NCBI GenBank assembly: GCA_034102025.1
Contig: JAXEIN010000013.1
Span: 75,300-139,299 of the forward strand
Source: Tidjanibacter sp.
GTDB lineage: Bacteria; Bacteroidota; Bacteroidia; Bacteroidales; Rikenellaceae
Length of the DNA: 64,000 bases
Reading direction: 5' to 3'
In this document: positions 1 through 7,411 of the stretch, in pieces
Layout: every line of letters begins with the position of its first letter
How positions within the stretch are numbered: position 1 is the stretch's first letter
Position numbers and translations under genes: made by a program
Notes under the pieces: model-generated
What the model saw: only the letters and a program-made list of their open reading frames with translations
The model's database searches: none
Told to the model about the DNA's origin: nothing

Positions 1-1667
1 AAGTTGTAACCGGTGTTTGTGAGCGGAATGGCGTTGCTCAACGAAGCCTGTCCGGCAGGCATTTTATTGCCCGAAGCTGCCATTTCGCGATAGAAACCAT
101 CGCCGTATTCCAAACCGACAATACCGTTAAGGTTGTGTCCGCCAAATGATTTGGAAGCTTTCAAAACGTTGGTAGAACCGAAGCCGTTGCTATTGCCTGA
201 GGCGTTGTAGATGTAGCCGTCGTTGCTGTATGCAGGCGATTTGGTGCGAGGGTCGATATACTCCTCGTAGAACCAGTTTGAGGTATTGAAGCGGTTGGTG
301 GTTGTGAAGTTCAACCAGTCGTTAATGTTCCACACGAGTTGCACGTCGGCAACGGCATCTTCGCTGTTGTTTTTGGCATAATTGTATATCTCGTTGTGGA
401 GAATATTGTATTTGTCGTGCGAATACCAAGTCTCGCCATTGTCGCTGCGCACTGCACCGTTGACATAGAGAATCTCGCCCGTGTTGGCATCGTATGGGTT
501 ATCCCAAGGCAGTGCACGGTAGGCGCACTCCAAAGTGACGTACGACGAAGCCTGCTGCTCTTTTGAGCTGTTGTAGTTTACGCGGACATTCAGAGTGAGT
601 CGGTCGTTGATGGCCGTCGAGAGATTCAGTCGGGCCGAGTTGCGGACGAAGTTGGTATTGATGAGCGAACCCTCTTCGTCGTAGTGGTCGACGCTGACGA
701 AGTAGTTGGTCTTGCCGGTCTTACCGGTAGCCGAAGCGTAGTAGTCCTGCACGACACCTGTTTTGAAGCAGGCATTTACCCAATCGAAATCTTGATCGAG
801 CAGCGTTTTCGGGCGCAGGGTCTTGAATACCGACGAGATGCCCGAATTGGAATACATATCTTTCTGAGTGTAGTAGAGTTCATAAGAGTCCATCGGCGAG
901 AAACGTCCTTGAAGTGCGCGTTTGATACCGACGTTAGCCTTGAAGTTGACGGTCGTTTGGTCGTCTTTGGCCGATTTGGTGGTGATGACGATGACGCCAC
1001 CTGCTGCCGAAGCACCGTAGAGTGCGGTAGCGGAAGCATCTTTCAGAATGGTCAGCGTCTCAACGTCGTTGGGGTTGAACGAGCCTCCGGCAACTCCGTC
1101 GACCACATACAGAGGGTCGGCACCGGCCGTAATCGAACCTGTACCGCGAATGCGAATCTGAGCACCTTCACCGGGTTGACCCGACGAATTCAATACAACC
1201 ACGCCGGCGGCCTTGCCTTGCAACATATTGCCTACATCGGGGGTCGTCACGTCGTTCAACACGGAGCCGCTCAGGGTCACAATCGAACTCGAAAGTTCGG
1301 CCTTCTTTTGAGAGGTATAACCCAAAACGACAACCTCGTCGATTGCTTTGGTATCGGCTACCATTTTGATGTCGACAGTAGTGCGTGCGGCAACGTTTTC
1401 GGCAACATCTTTATAGCCCAAATAGTTGAAATGCAGAGTTCCGTTTTTAGCGACAGCAAGCGTATAACGGCCCGAAACATCGGTAACGGTTCCTGTTCCA
1501 TCGTCAGTGATAACGCTCACACCAATGAGCGGATTGCTATCTTCGGCCGAAACGACAGTACCCGTAACGGTCTGTTTCTGTCCAAACGTCAGCGCGGGCA
1601 GACTAAGAAAGCAGAGCGCAACCAATACTGTGCGTAGAGCAACTTTTAGGTTGATAGTTTTTTTCAT
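1..1667 (-). CDS. SusC/RagA-family TonB-dependent outer-membrane receptor, N-terminal ~555 codons (3' part lies beyond the window start)
   Basis: Absent from the ORF track because it has no stop inside the window. My reverse-strand translation from ATG 1667..1665 reads MKKTINLKVALRTVLVALCFLSLPALTFGQKQTVTGTVVSAEDSNPLIGVSV (CarboxypepD_reg-like). It continues through DEVVVLGYTSQKKAELSSSIVTLSG, IRIRGTGSI, PLYVVDGV and ILKDASATALYGASAAGGVIVITTK (plug domain) and stays open to base 1. Confidence 0.9.
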   Translation of the reverse strand, partial: MKKTINLKVALRTVLVALCFLSLPALTFGQKQTVTGTVVSAEDSNPLIGVSVITDDGTGTVTDVSGRYTLAVAKNGTLHFNYLGYKDVAENVAARTTVDIKMVADTKAIDEVVVLGYTSQKKAELSSSIVTLSGSVLNDVTTPDVGNMLQGKAAGVVVLNSSGQPGEGAQIRIRGTGSITAGADPLYVVDGVAGGSFNPNDVETLTILKDASATALYGASAAGGVIVITTKSAKDDQTTVNFKANVGIKRALQGRFSPMDSYELYYTQKDMYSNSGISSVFKTLRPKTLLDQDFDWVNACFKTGVVQDYYASATGKTGKTNYFVSVDHYDEEGSLINTNFVRNSARLNLSTAINDRLTLNVRVNYNSSKEQQASSYVTLECAYRALPWDNPYDANTGEILYVNGAVRSDNGETWYSHDKYNILHNEIYNYAKNNSEDAVADVQLVWNINDWLNFTTTNRFNTSNWFYEEYIDPRTKSPAYSNDGYIYNASGNSNGFGSTNVLKASKSFGGHNLNGIVGLEYGDGFYREMAASGNKMPAGQASLSNAIPLTNTGYN

Positions 1668-1715
1668 CTGATTAGTTTATTAGTATTTAGTTTATATAGT
1701 AAAATATTTGGATTA

Positions 1716-2942
1716 TCAAAGCAAGTCGTTAAGACCCACAAGGTTAAAGGCTCTGAAATATTTGTCCATATCGCGCTCGATGCGGCCCAAAACAATCTCC
1801 TCGGCATCAATTCCGACACGATTCAGATTTGAATAGAGTTGTGCTCGTGCGGCAAGCGCCTCGGGGTTCTGCCAAATGTAACGGCAACCCGTCTCGACAA
1901 GCCACAGGCGGCGCTCGGCAGTAAGAGCCTCGAATGCCGCTCCTTGTTCGTCGGTGTGAAGCCACTTTTGCCAGCGGTTCGAATCGCGCACAAGACGAAT
2001 CAATGTTTCGGTAATGTTGGAACGGAGTGCAATTTTGCCCTCGCCGTCCAGACGCTGCTCAACGCTTTCCAGTTCAGCCAGTGCTTCATATTCGCTCATT
2101 GTGAATTCGGGCCCGACATTTGCCGCCCCCATACCGCATAACGGATACTCCTCGGGATTGTTGACCCCGTCAGTGTAGTGGCCTTTGATATAACTGCCCA
2201 AAGGACGAACCTTGGCAGTCAACCGACGGGCAACCTCGCCGTCAAATACTGTGGTATCGAGGTCTGTGCCGACCTTGCCGACTATGAAGCACGGCCAAAC
2301 ATCAACCAAACCAACTTTCATTAACCCACTCTTCAGATCGGATATAAATGTATCGAATGTGTGTTCATCTGCCAGACCTCCGTGAACCTCCTCGGTACCA
2401 ACCTCGTAGGAGATTGGTGCAATGGCGTGCGCCTTACGGAAGCGTTCAACGTGGTCGATCAGTTCCACTGTGCGGCTTGCAACCAAATGGATATCGATGG
2501 TCTGCCCTTTGGGAACGTTTATGTCGACCGTCGGATCGACGTGTATCAGGTCGTAGCCGGCCAAAACGGCAGCTTCGAACGATTTTTTCACACCGTTCAT
2601 CGCCTCCTGGGTCGACCATTTTTCCAACCTCTGTTTATCTTTCAGCCACGGGCCGCCGTGGTCGATTGCAACTATCGAACAACCGGTAAAGTTCACCTTC
2701 TCGGCTTCGAATTGCAGCAACCGCGTAAACTCCGATTGAGTCATTCCGGTGTAGCCGCCGTCGCAGTCAATCTGATTCAACGTGGCGGCGAAATAGATGG
2801 GCGCATTGTTGCGTTTGGCCGCACGGAATGCTGCCGATATTACCGAGGTCGAGTTCGGACATACGGCAAAAATCGTACGCCGCACCCCCGTCTTGCGTTC
2901 AAGTTCGTCAATGCTTTTCAATAATGTCTCTGTCTTTGCCAT
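1716..2942 (-). CDS. agaZ: GatZ/KbaZ/AgaZ-family protein (tagatose-bisphosphate aldolase non-catalytic subunit / tagatose-6-phosphate epimerase-like)
   Basis: 408-aa ORF with ATG checked at 2942..2940. The N-terminus RRTIFAVCPNSTSVISAAFRAAKRNNAPIYFAATLNQIDCDGGYTGMTQSEF matches the GatZ/KbaZ/AgaZ N-terminal pattern as I remember it. It lies 21 nt downstream of the agaS-like gene. Confidence 0.72.
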   Translation of the reverse strand: MAKTETLLKSIDELERKTGVRRTIFAVCPNSTSVISAAFRAAKRNNAPIYFAATLNQIDCDGGYTGMTQSEFTRLLQFEAEKVNFTGCSIVAIDHGGPWLKDKQRLEKWSTQEAMNGVKKSFEAAVLAGYDLIHVDPTVDINVPKGQTIDIHLVASRTVELIDHVERFRKAHAIAPISYEVGTEEVHGGLADEHTFDTFISDLKSGLMKVGLVDVWPCFIVGKVGTDLDTTVFDGEVARRLTAKVRPLGSYIKGHYTDGVNNPEEYPLCGMGAANVGPEFTMSEYEALAELESVEQRLDGEGKIALRSNITETLIRLVRDSNRWQKWLHTDEQGAAFEALTAERRLWLVETGCRYIWQNPEALAARAQLYSNLNRVGIDAEEIVLGRIERDMDKYFRAFNLVGLNDLL

Positions 2943-2963
2943 ATTCTCGTTTTTTATTAATTT

Positions 2964-4091
2964 TTAGTAGATTGTAACACCTTCAACCACACGCGAAATG
3001 TTGCCCGAAATCGAAGGTGCATCAGGGTTCAGCCCCAAATCGAGCGACTTGTAGAAGCCAAGCAGCTGAGCCAATATCACGTATGAAACGCATTTGTAGT
3101 AGCAATAGTTTGCAGCCGAAGCGCCGATGACCACGTTTAAGTCGAAATACTCATTGAGTTGTTCTGCGGGGGCTTGCGAGACGCAGATGTAGCCCACTAC
3201 ATTGTTGTTGGCTCTCACCTGACGTATCAGATCGGCCTCATAGCGCTGAACGTAGGGATCGTCGGAGAGCAGATAGACCAACAACGTATCGGAGTCGATT
3301 ACCGCTTTGGGGCCGTGGCGGAAACCAAGGAAGGAGTCGAAACAGCAGATTACTGCTCCGTCGGTCAGCTCCTGCAACTTCAAGCGCGACTCTTCGGCTA
3401 TGCCGGTCAATTCGCCCGAACCGAGAAAAACGGCACGTTTGAATTTGCGGGCAGCCATCTGTCGGATTGGTTCGTCGTAGCGGTCGAGAGCCTCGGCGGT
3501 GTGCTCGGCCAGCGAACGGATATATGTTTCGTGTGTTTCGATATTGTCAATGTTGGCAATCATCGCACAGGTCAACAGCATCGTCGAATAGCTGCTGGTC
3601 ATTGCAAGCGAAAGATCGTTTGTTTCGGGAGGCAGGAGCAGAAGCAGGGTATTGTCGCTGTTGCGGCGTGCCATTTTTGCCAACTCGCCCTCGGCATTGC
3701 AGGTGATGAATACGTGTGCCACCCGGCCGGCCGTTGCGTTAACGAGGTTGATTGCACCAACCGATTCGGGCGAGTTGCCCGAACGAGCAAACGATACGAG
3801 CAGCACCTTGCTCTCAGGGCCAAAAAACATTCCGGGGTTGGTGATTATATCGGTTGTCGGAATCGACTGGCAGCCGTGGAATCGTGTCTGAAATAGTGCT
3901 TTTTGGAGCGCATCGCCAATGTAGGCCGAAGTTCCGGCTCCGGTCAAAACTATTTGGTAGCCATCAGACAGGTAACGATCCAAAAAGCCGCCGATCTCCT
4001 CTTTGCGTTTGCGAATAATGTCGTAGGCTTTCAACCACATTGCAGGTTGCTGCCTTATTTCATTATAAGTGTGATAATTGGTAGGTATCAT
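2964..4091 (-). CDS. agaS: SIS-domain sugar-phosphate isomerase/deaminase (AgaS-like galactosamine-6-phosphate deaminase)
   Basis: 375 aa, ATG at 4091..4089. It has two SIS-like modules, VLTGAGTSAYIGDAL near the N-terminus and FLGSGELTGIAEESRLKLQELT in the second half. Length and architecture fit AgaS. Confidence 0.75.
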   Translation of the reverse strand: MIPTNYHTYNEIRQQPAMWLKAYDIIRKRKEEIGGFLDRYLSDGYQIVLTGAGTSAYIGDALQKALFQTRFHGCQSIPTTDIITNPGMFFGPESKVLLVSFARSGNSPESVGAINLVNATAGRVAHVFITCNAEGELAKMARRNSDNTLLLLLPPETNDLSLAMTSSYSTMLLTCAMIANIDNIETHETYIRSLAEHTAEALDRYDEPIRQMAARKFKRAVFLGSGELTGIAEESRLKLQELTDGAVICCFDSFLGFRHGPKAVIDSDTLLVYLLSDDPYVQRYEADLIRQVRANNNVVGYICVSQAPAEQLNEYFDLNVVIGASAANYCYYKCVSYVILAQLLGFYKSLDLGLNPDAPSISGNISRVVEGVTIY

Positions 4092-4163
4092 TTGTTATAT
4101 TGATTGTAACGTTTAGCAGTTTAATTGCCTCGCAAATGAGAATATCACACTTACGGGACGACA

Positions 4164-4171
4164 CAAAAATA
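4164..4171 (-). promoter_or_regulatory. Candidate Bacteroides-type -7 box (TATTTTTG on minus strand) for the agaS-agaZ-susC transcript
   Basis: Plus-strand CAAAAATA is the reverse complement of TAnnTTTG. It sits 73-80 nt upstream of the agaS ATG. Motif match only. Confidence 0.3.
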
Positions 4172-4300
4172 GCAATTTGATTTTCGAAATGTTTTCAAAC
4201 GTAACATAATTTTGAGATGTATTTTTAACGCAACAAATATTTCAAGATATTAGTTCCTGTATTACTGATTATTACATCACAAATTCGGAATAATAAAAAA

Positions 4301-4325
4301 TGTTTCTTTATGTTTCGTTTCACTC
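4301..4325 (+). promoter_or_regulatory. Candidate DeoR/AgaR-type operator: three direct GTTTC pentamers (TGTTTCTTTATGTTTCGTTTCACTC)
   Basis: GTTTC occurs at 4302, 4312 and 4317. The same GTTTCGTTTC core recurs in inverse orientation at 7322..7337, in the other divergent control region next to the DeoR gene. Confidence 0.35.
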
Positions 4326-4561
4326 AAAACGCACATCATATTGTCATTAAAACGTCCGTTTTGCGACTGCAACAGAGTGTTAAAAATGGTAAATAATGGA
4401 TAAATTTATCATTTCGAAACAATCCGAAAGCATATTTACGAAAGAGTTGTTTCGGAATAAAATGGTGCTGTTCAAAATATTAAGCGTTTTCTGAGCTCTC
4501 TGTCACAAAAACCATCTCAACAAAAATCCGCGCGTCAGTTTTTACATTTACATTTATATAT

Positions 4562-4569
4562 TATTTTTG
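4562..4569 (+). promoter_or_regulatory. Candidate -7 box TATTTTTG for the PHP/GNAT transcript
   Basis: TAnnTTTG match about 48 nt upstream of ATG 4617. Confidence 0.35.
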
Positions 4570-4616
4570 CATAAGAACGTGCCGACGAGTTTCACCCTGC
4601 ACGGTAAAAAAAGATA

Positions 4617-5633
4617 ATGAGAAAAAATCTTCCAACCATTTCACTGTTGGCCGCAATATCGATGACCTGTTGCGCTCCTCAACGCGAAATTGTATACGAT
4701 CCCTACGTGGGTGTAGATTGGGACAGCTGTTTGCAGCTAAAATCATCGTTCCACGTTCATACCTGCAACTCGCAGATTGAATGGGGAGCGCCCGAGGGAA
4801 CCACCGTCACACCTGCCGAGCAGATAGACCGCTACACCGAATTGGGTTACGACGTTTTGGCCCTGACCGACCACGACCATATCTCTTATCCGTGGGAGCG
4901 GTTTGACCGTGCCGACTCAAAACTCGTTGCAATCGAGGGTAACGAGTTGAGCAAGAACGACAATATGGTCAGCCTGTTCAACGATTACGTCGACCGCGAG
5001 GGAATGGGGCCCAACAACAGCGACGGGTTTTTCGGCTGTATTGAAGGTGTCGAAGCTCTCGACGGCGTGATCTATCTCGCCCACCCGATGCGCAACGGCG
5101 AGATCTGCAAAGCCGATTTTGCGACCGACGTATTTGCGCGCTATCCTTGCGTTTACGGTATGGAGGTGCTCAACGTCGGGCAGCCGGAGCGCAATCGGAG
5201 CATAGAGCTTTGGGACGCAGTGCTTTCGAATCTGATGCCCAAACGACAAGTTTTTGGCAGCAGCAGCGACGATGCACATTCGACTTCGATGGCGGGCCGA
5301 GGGTGGACTACTGTTTTGGCCACAGAGCGCACTCCCGACGAGGTACGCCGCGCACTGACAACCGGAACCACGCTCTTTTCGACCCCTTTGACGGTTCAAA
5401 ATCCGCAAGGCGATGTGCCCCATATCGAGAGCATCAAACTCTCGCGCAGGCGGTGCACGGTGACCATCGACGCCACCAACTGCGAGCAAATCGAGTGGGT
5501 TTCAATGGGAAGGGTTGTAGCCACGGGCAAAACTTTCGACTACGCCAAAACGGCAGGCGTGGGTAGTTGTTTCAGAGCCGTTTTGACCGGCCGAGGCGGT
5601 CAGACCTTCACTCAACCTTGGGCACTAAAATGA
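4617..5633 (+). CDS. Exported PHP-superfamily metal-dependent phosphoesterase-like protein
   Basis: 338 aa with hydrophobic N-terminus MRKNLPTISLLAAISMTCC. Metal-ligand-like motifs are SFHVHTCNS, LTDHDHI, YLAHPMR and SSSDDAHS. Confidence 0.6.
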   Translation: MRKNLPTISLLAAISMTCCAPQREIVYDPYVGVDWDSCLQLKSSFHVHTCNSQIEWGAPEGTTVTPAEQIDRYTELGYDVLALTDHDHISYPWERFDRADSKLVAIEGNELSKNDNMVSLFNDYVDREGMGPNNSDGFFGCIEGVEALDGVIYLAHPMRNGEICKADFATDVFARYPCVYGMEVLNVGQPERNRSIELWDAVLSNLMPKRQVFGSSSDDAHSTSMAGRGWTTVLATERTPDEVRRALTTGTTLFSTPLTVQNPQGDVPHIESIKLSRRRCTVTIDATNCEQIEWVSMGRVVATGKTFDYAKTAGVGSCFRAVLTGRGGQTFTQPWALK

Positions 5634-6058
5634 TACGCATAGAACAACTTACGCAACTCGACGGTGAGGTTTTAGACCGTCTGAATCGGTTATATGGCGA
5701 GCTGTCGGGCTCGACACAAACCCTGTCGGCCCAAAAGGTCGAAAATCTTTTATCGTCCTCGTCGACAAAGCTTATCGTAGCTCTCGAAAATGAGTCGGGT
5801 ATCGTTGGAATGCTCTCACTGGCCTACTATTCGACCCTGCAAGGCGGCAAATATTGGATCGAAGATGTTGCCACACTGCCCGAAGTTCGCGGGCGCGGCG
5901 TCGGACGAATGCTTGTAGCCGCCGCCGTTAAGATTGCGCGCAAAGAGTCGCCCGAGGCAAGGGTTTGGCTCACGTCGAATCCTCGGCGCGAAGCCGCTCG
6001 CGCGCTCTATCGCTCAATGGGTTTTGAAGAGTATCAGACAGGCGTCTTTCGCCTATAA
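5630..6058 (+). CDS. GNAT-family N-acetyltransferase
   Basis: The frame is ORF 5567..6058. I start it at ATG 5630 (MIRIEQLTQLDGE), which overlaps the PHP stop as ATGA. Acetyl-CoA-binding motif is EVRGRGVGRMLVAAA. About 142 aa, typical for GNAT. Confidence 0.72.
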   Translation: MIRIEQLTQLDGEVLDRLNRLYGELSGSTQTLSAQKVENLLSSSSTKLIVALENESGIVGMLSLAYYSTLQGGKYWIEDVATLPEVRGRGVGRMLVAAAVKIARKESPEARVWLTSNPRREAARALYRSMGFEEYQTGVFRL

Positions 6059-6063
6059 GTCAA

Positions 6064-6195
6064 GCCGGTGGCCGGTGGCCAATTCAAAATTCAAAATTCA
6101 AAATTAAAAATTAAAAATTGAATCTCATTAAACTCTAAACTTTTTGAGCCCACAGGGCTCCATTAATCACCTTAATCACCTTATCCACCTTAATT
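6064..6195. repeat. Cluster of three short tandem arrays: GCCGGTG x2.4 (6064-6080), AATTCAA/AATTAAA/AATTGAA heptamer x6 (6081-6122), TTAATCACC nonamer x3.6 (6163-6195)
   Basis: Read directly from the sequence. Heptamer register verified base by base from 6081 to 6122. Confidence 0.85.
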
Positions 6196-6222
6196 CTATT
6201 GGTTATAGCCGACCTTTCAGAA

Positions 6223-6274
6223 GCAATCTATCACTTTGGGCCCTTTGGGCTCTATTGCCCCTTTGGCCCTTATA
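6223..6274 (+). repeat. Intergenic repeat core, copy A (GCAATCTATCACTTTGGGCCCTTTGGGCTCTATTGCCCCTTTGGCCCTTATA)
   Basis: Near-identical to 11635..11686 (same orientation) and to the reverse complement of 34395..34447. Confidence 0.85.
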
Positions 6275-6301
6275 CTACTCCATTATACTCTAAACTATCA
6301 A

Positions 6302-7090
6302 CTAAATCGGCGCAATATGCAAATTGATGTTCATCGCCTTGATTTGCGAACGGATATTCATCGGCATACCTTCATCAGTAACAATGGTAGTCAGATTGTC
6401 GATCGGGGCGATAAAGGCAAGCGCACGTTTGTTTATTTTGCTCGAATCGAAGACGGCTATCACCTCCTTGGCGCGCGAGAGCATCACCTGATTGATATTG
6501 GCCTCCTCGATGTTGGGGGTCGAAAGTCCGCTCTCCAAATTGAAACTGTCGACACCCAAAAAGAGTTTGTCGCAGTAGAAGAGTTTTAGATTCGATTCGG
6601 CAATCGGGCCCACGGTCGATTGGCTCGGTTCGCGGACATTGCCGCCCATCAGAATCACATTGAATCTTTTGTATTGCAGCACTTCCAGCGCAACATTAAT
6701 GGCGTTGGTAATGATTGTCAGTCGTTGGAAACGGTGGAAGTTGCGCGCCACTTCGAGTGCCGTCGTTCCGGAGTCGAGCAGAATCGTGTCGCCATCTTCG
6801 ATCAATCCTGCGGCCACCTTCCCGATTGACTGTTTCTCGCGATAATGGAAGAAGCGCTTGTTGTTGATGTGCACATCGTCGTAGGTGGCTACGGAGTTTG
6901 CCCCCAACATAGCCCCGCCGTGGGTACGAATCACCAGATTGCGCTTGTAAAGCGTATTCAAATCCTTCCTAATCGTAACTTCCGAAACGCCGAACTCCTT
7001 GCTTAATTCCGAAACGGCCACGCTTGAATCCGTTTTGAGTTTTTGCAAAATCATCGAGCGGCGCCCTTTTGTCGAGCCATATACCTCCAT
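6302..7090 (-). CDS. DeoR/GlpR-family transcriptional repressor (AgaR-like by context)
   Basis: 262 aa, ATG at 7090..7088. N-terminal wHTH is RRSMILQKLKTDSSVAVSELSKEFGVSEVTIRKDLNTL. The C-terminal DeoR-C effector domain has LLDSGTT and FLGVDS. Confidence 0.85.
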   Translation of the reverse strand: MEVYGSTKGRRSMILQKLKTDSSVAVSELSKEFGVSEVTIRKDLNTLYKRNLVIRTHGGAMLGANSVATYDDVHINNKRFFHYREKQSIGKVAAGLIEDGDTILLDSGTTALEVARNFHRFQRLTIITNAINVALEVLQYKRFNVILMGGNVREPSQSTVGPIAESNLKLFYCDKLFLGVDSFNLESGLSTPNIEEANINQVMLSRAKEVIAVFDSSKINKRALAFIAPIDNLTTIVTDEGMPMNIRSQIKAMNINLHIAPI

Positions 7091-7143
7091 AAATCTCTTG
7101 ATTATTTAGATAAATAGTTTAATCGGTTCAATAGTTCTTTCCA

Positions 7144-7151
7144 CAAAGGTA
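7144..7151 (-). promoter_or_regulatory. Candidate -7 box (TACCTTTG on minus strand) for the DeoR-family gene
   Basis: Plus-strand CAAAGGTA, 54-61 nt upstream of ATG 7090. Confidence 0.35.
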
Positions 7152-7321
7152 TGTATTATTTTTGAAGTTGCAATGCCCGAGCGACAAATTATGCTTATGA
7201 AACAAAATAAAACAAAACATCACGAAACTTTATTTGAAATTTTAGTTGTTTTAATAAAATACTGCTATTAAATAGTTTACATTTGCAAGCATTGATATTT
7301 GGAAAATAGCAGTGTAAAAAA

Positions 7322-7337
7322 GAAACCGAAACGAAAC
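7322..7337 (-). promoter_or_regulatory. Candidate DeoR/AgaR-type operator: GAAACCGAAACGAAAC (three GTTTC pentamers on the minus strand)
   Basis: GAAAC occurs at 7322, 7328 and 7333, with further single GAAAC at 7224 and 7371. It lies between the divergent DeoR and PfkB genes and shares the GTTTCGTTTC core with 4312..4321. Confidence 0.35.
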
Positions 7338-7411
7338 TTCGTACCGATTTAATGGTTATTTTCGTGCATCGAAACTGCATTCGGTATTTGAAAACGATTA
7401 ACCTTATATAA

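Noticed and set aside
684-1637. 317-aa plus-strand ORF in the track
   Set aside because: It is antisense to a clearly recognisable SusC reading frame with plug-domain motifs. Its own translation is Arg/Gly/Val-rich with no motifs, as is typical of shadow ORFs opposite coding DNA.
5567-5629. Upstream extensions of track ORFs: 5567 for GNAT, 13714 for fasciclin, 27631 (TTG) for paralog 2, 41307 for the small lipoprotein, 42722 for GH27-like, 50080 for the SusR-like gene
   Set aside because: The extensions overlap the preceding gene or add charged, non-signal residues in front of a canonical signal peptide or lipobox that begins at an internal ATG. The internal starts also create ATGA overlaps or short gaps consistent with operon structure.
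6146-6160. Small hairpin GAGCCC-ACA-GGGCTC as a terminator
   Set aside because: It has only a 6-bp stem. The T-run lies upstream rather than downstream on the plus strand, and the minus strand has an A-run after it. It does not have the geometry of a convincing intrinsic terminator.
6064-6195. Possible CRISPR array, also considered for 11551..11618
   Set aside because: The repeat units are only 7-18 nt and directly abut each other with no spacers. No cas genes are nearby.
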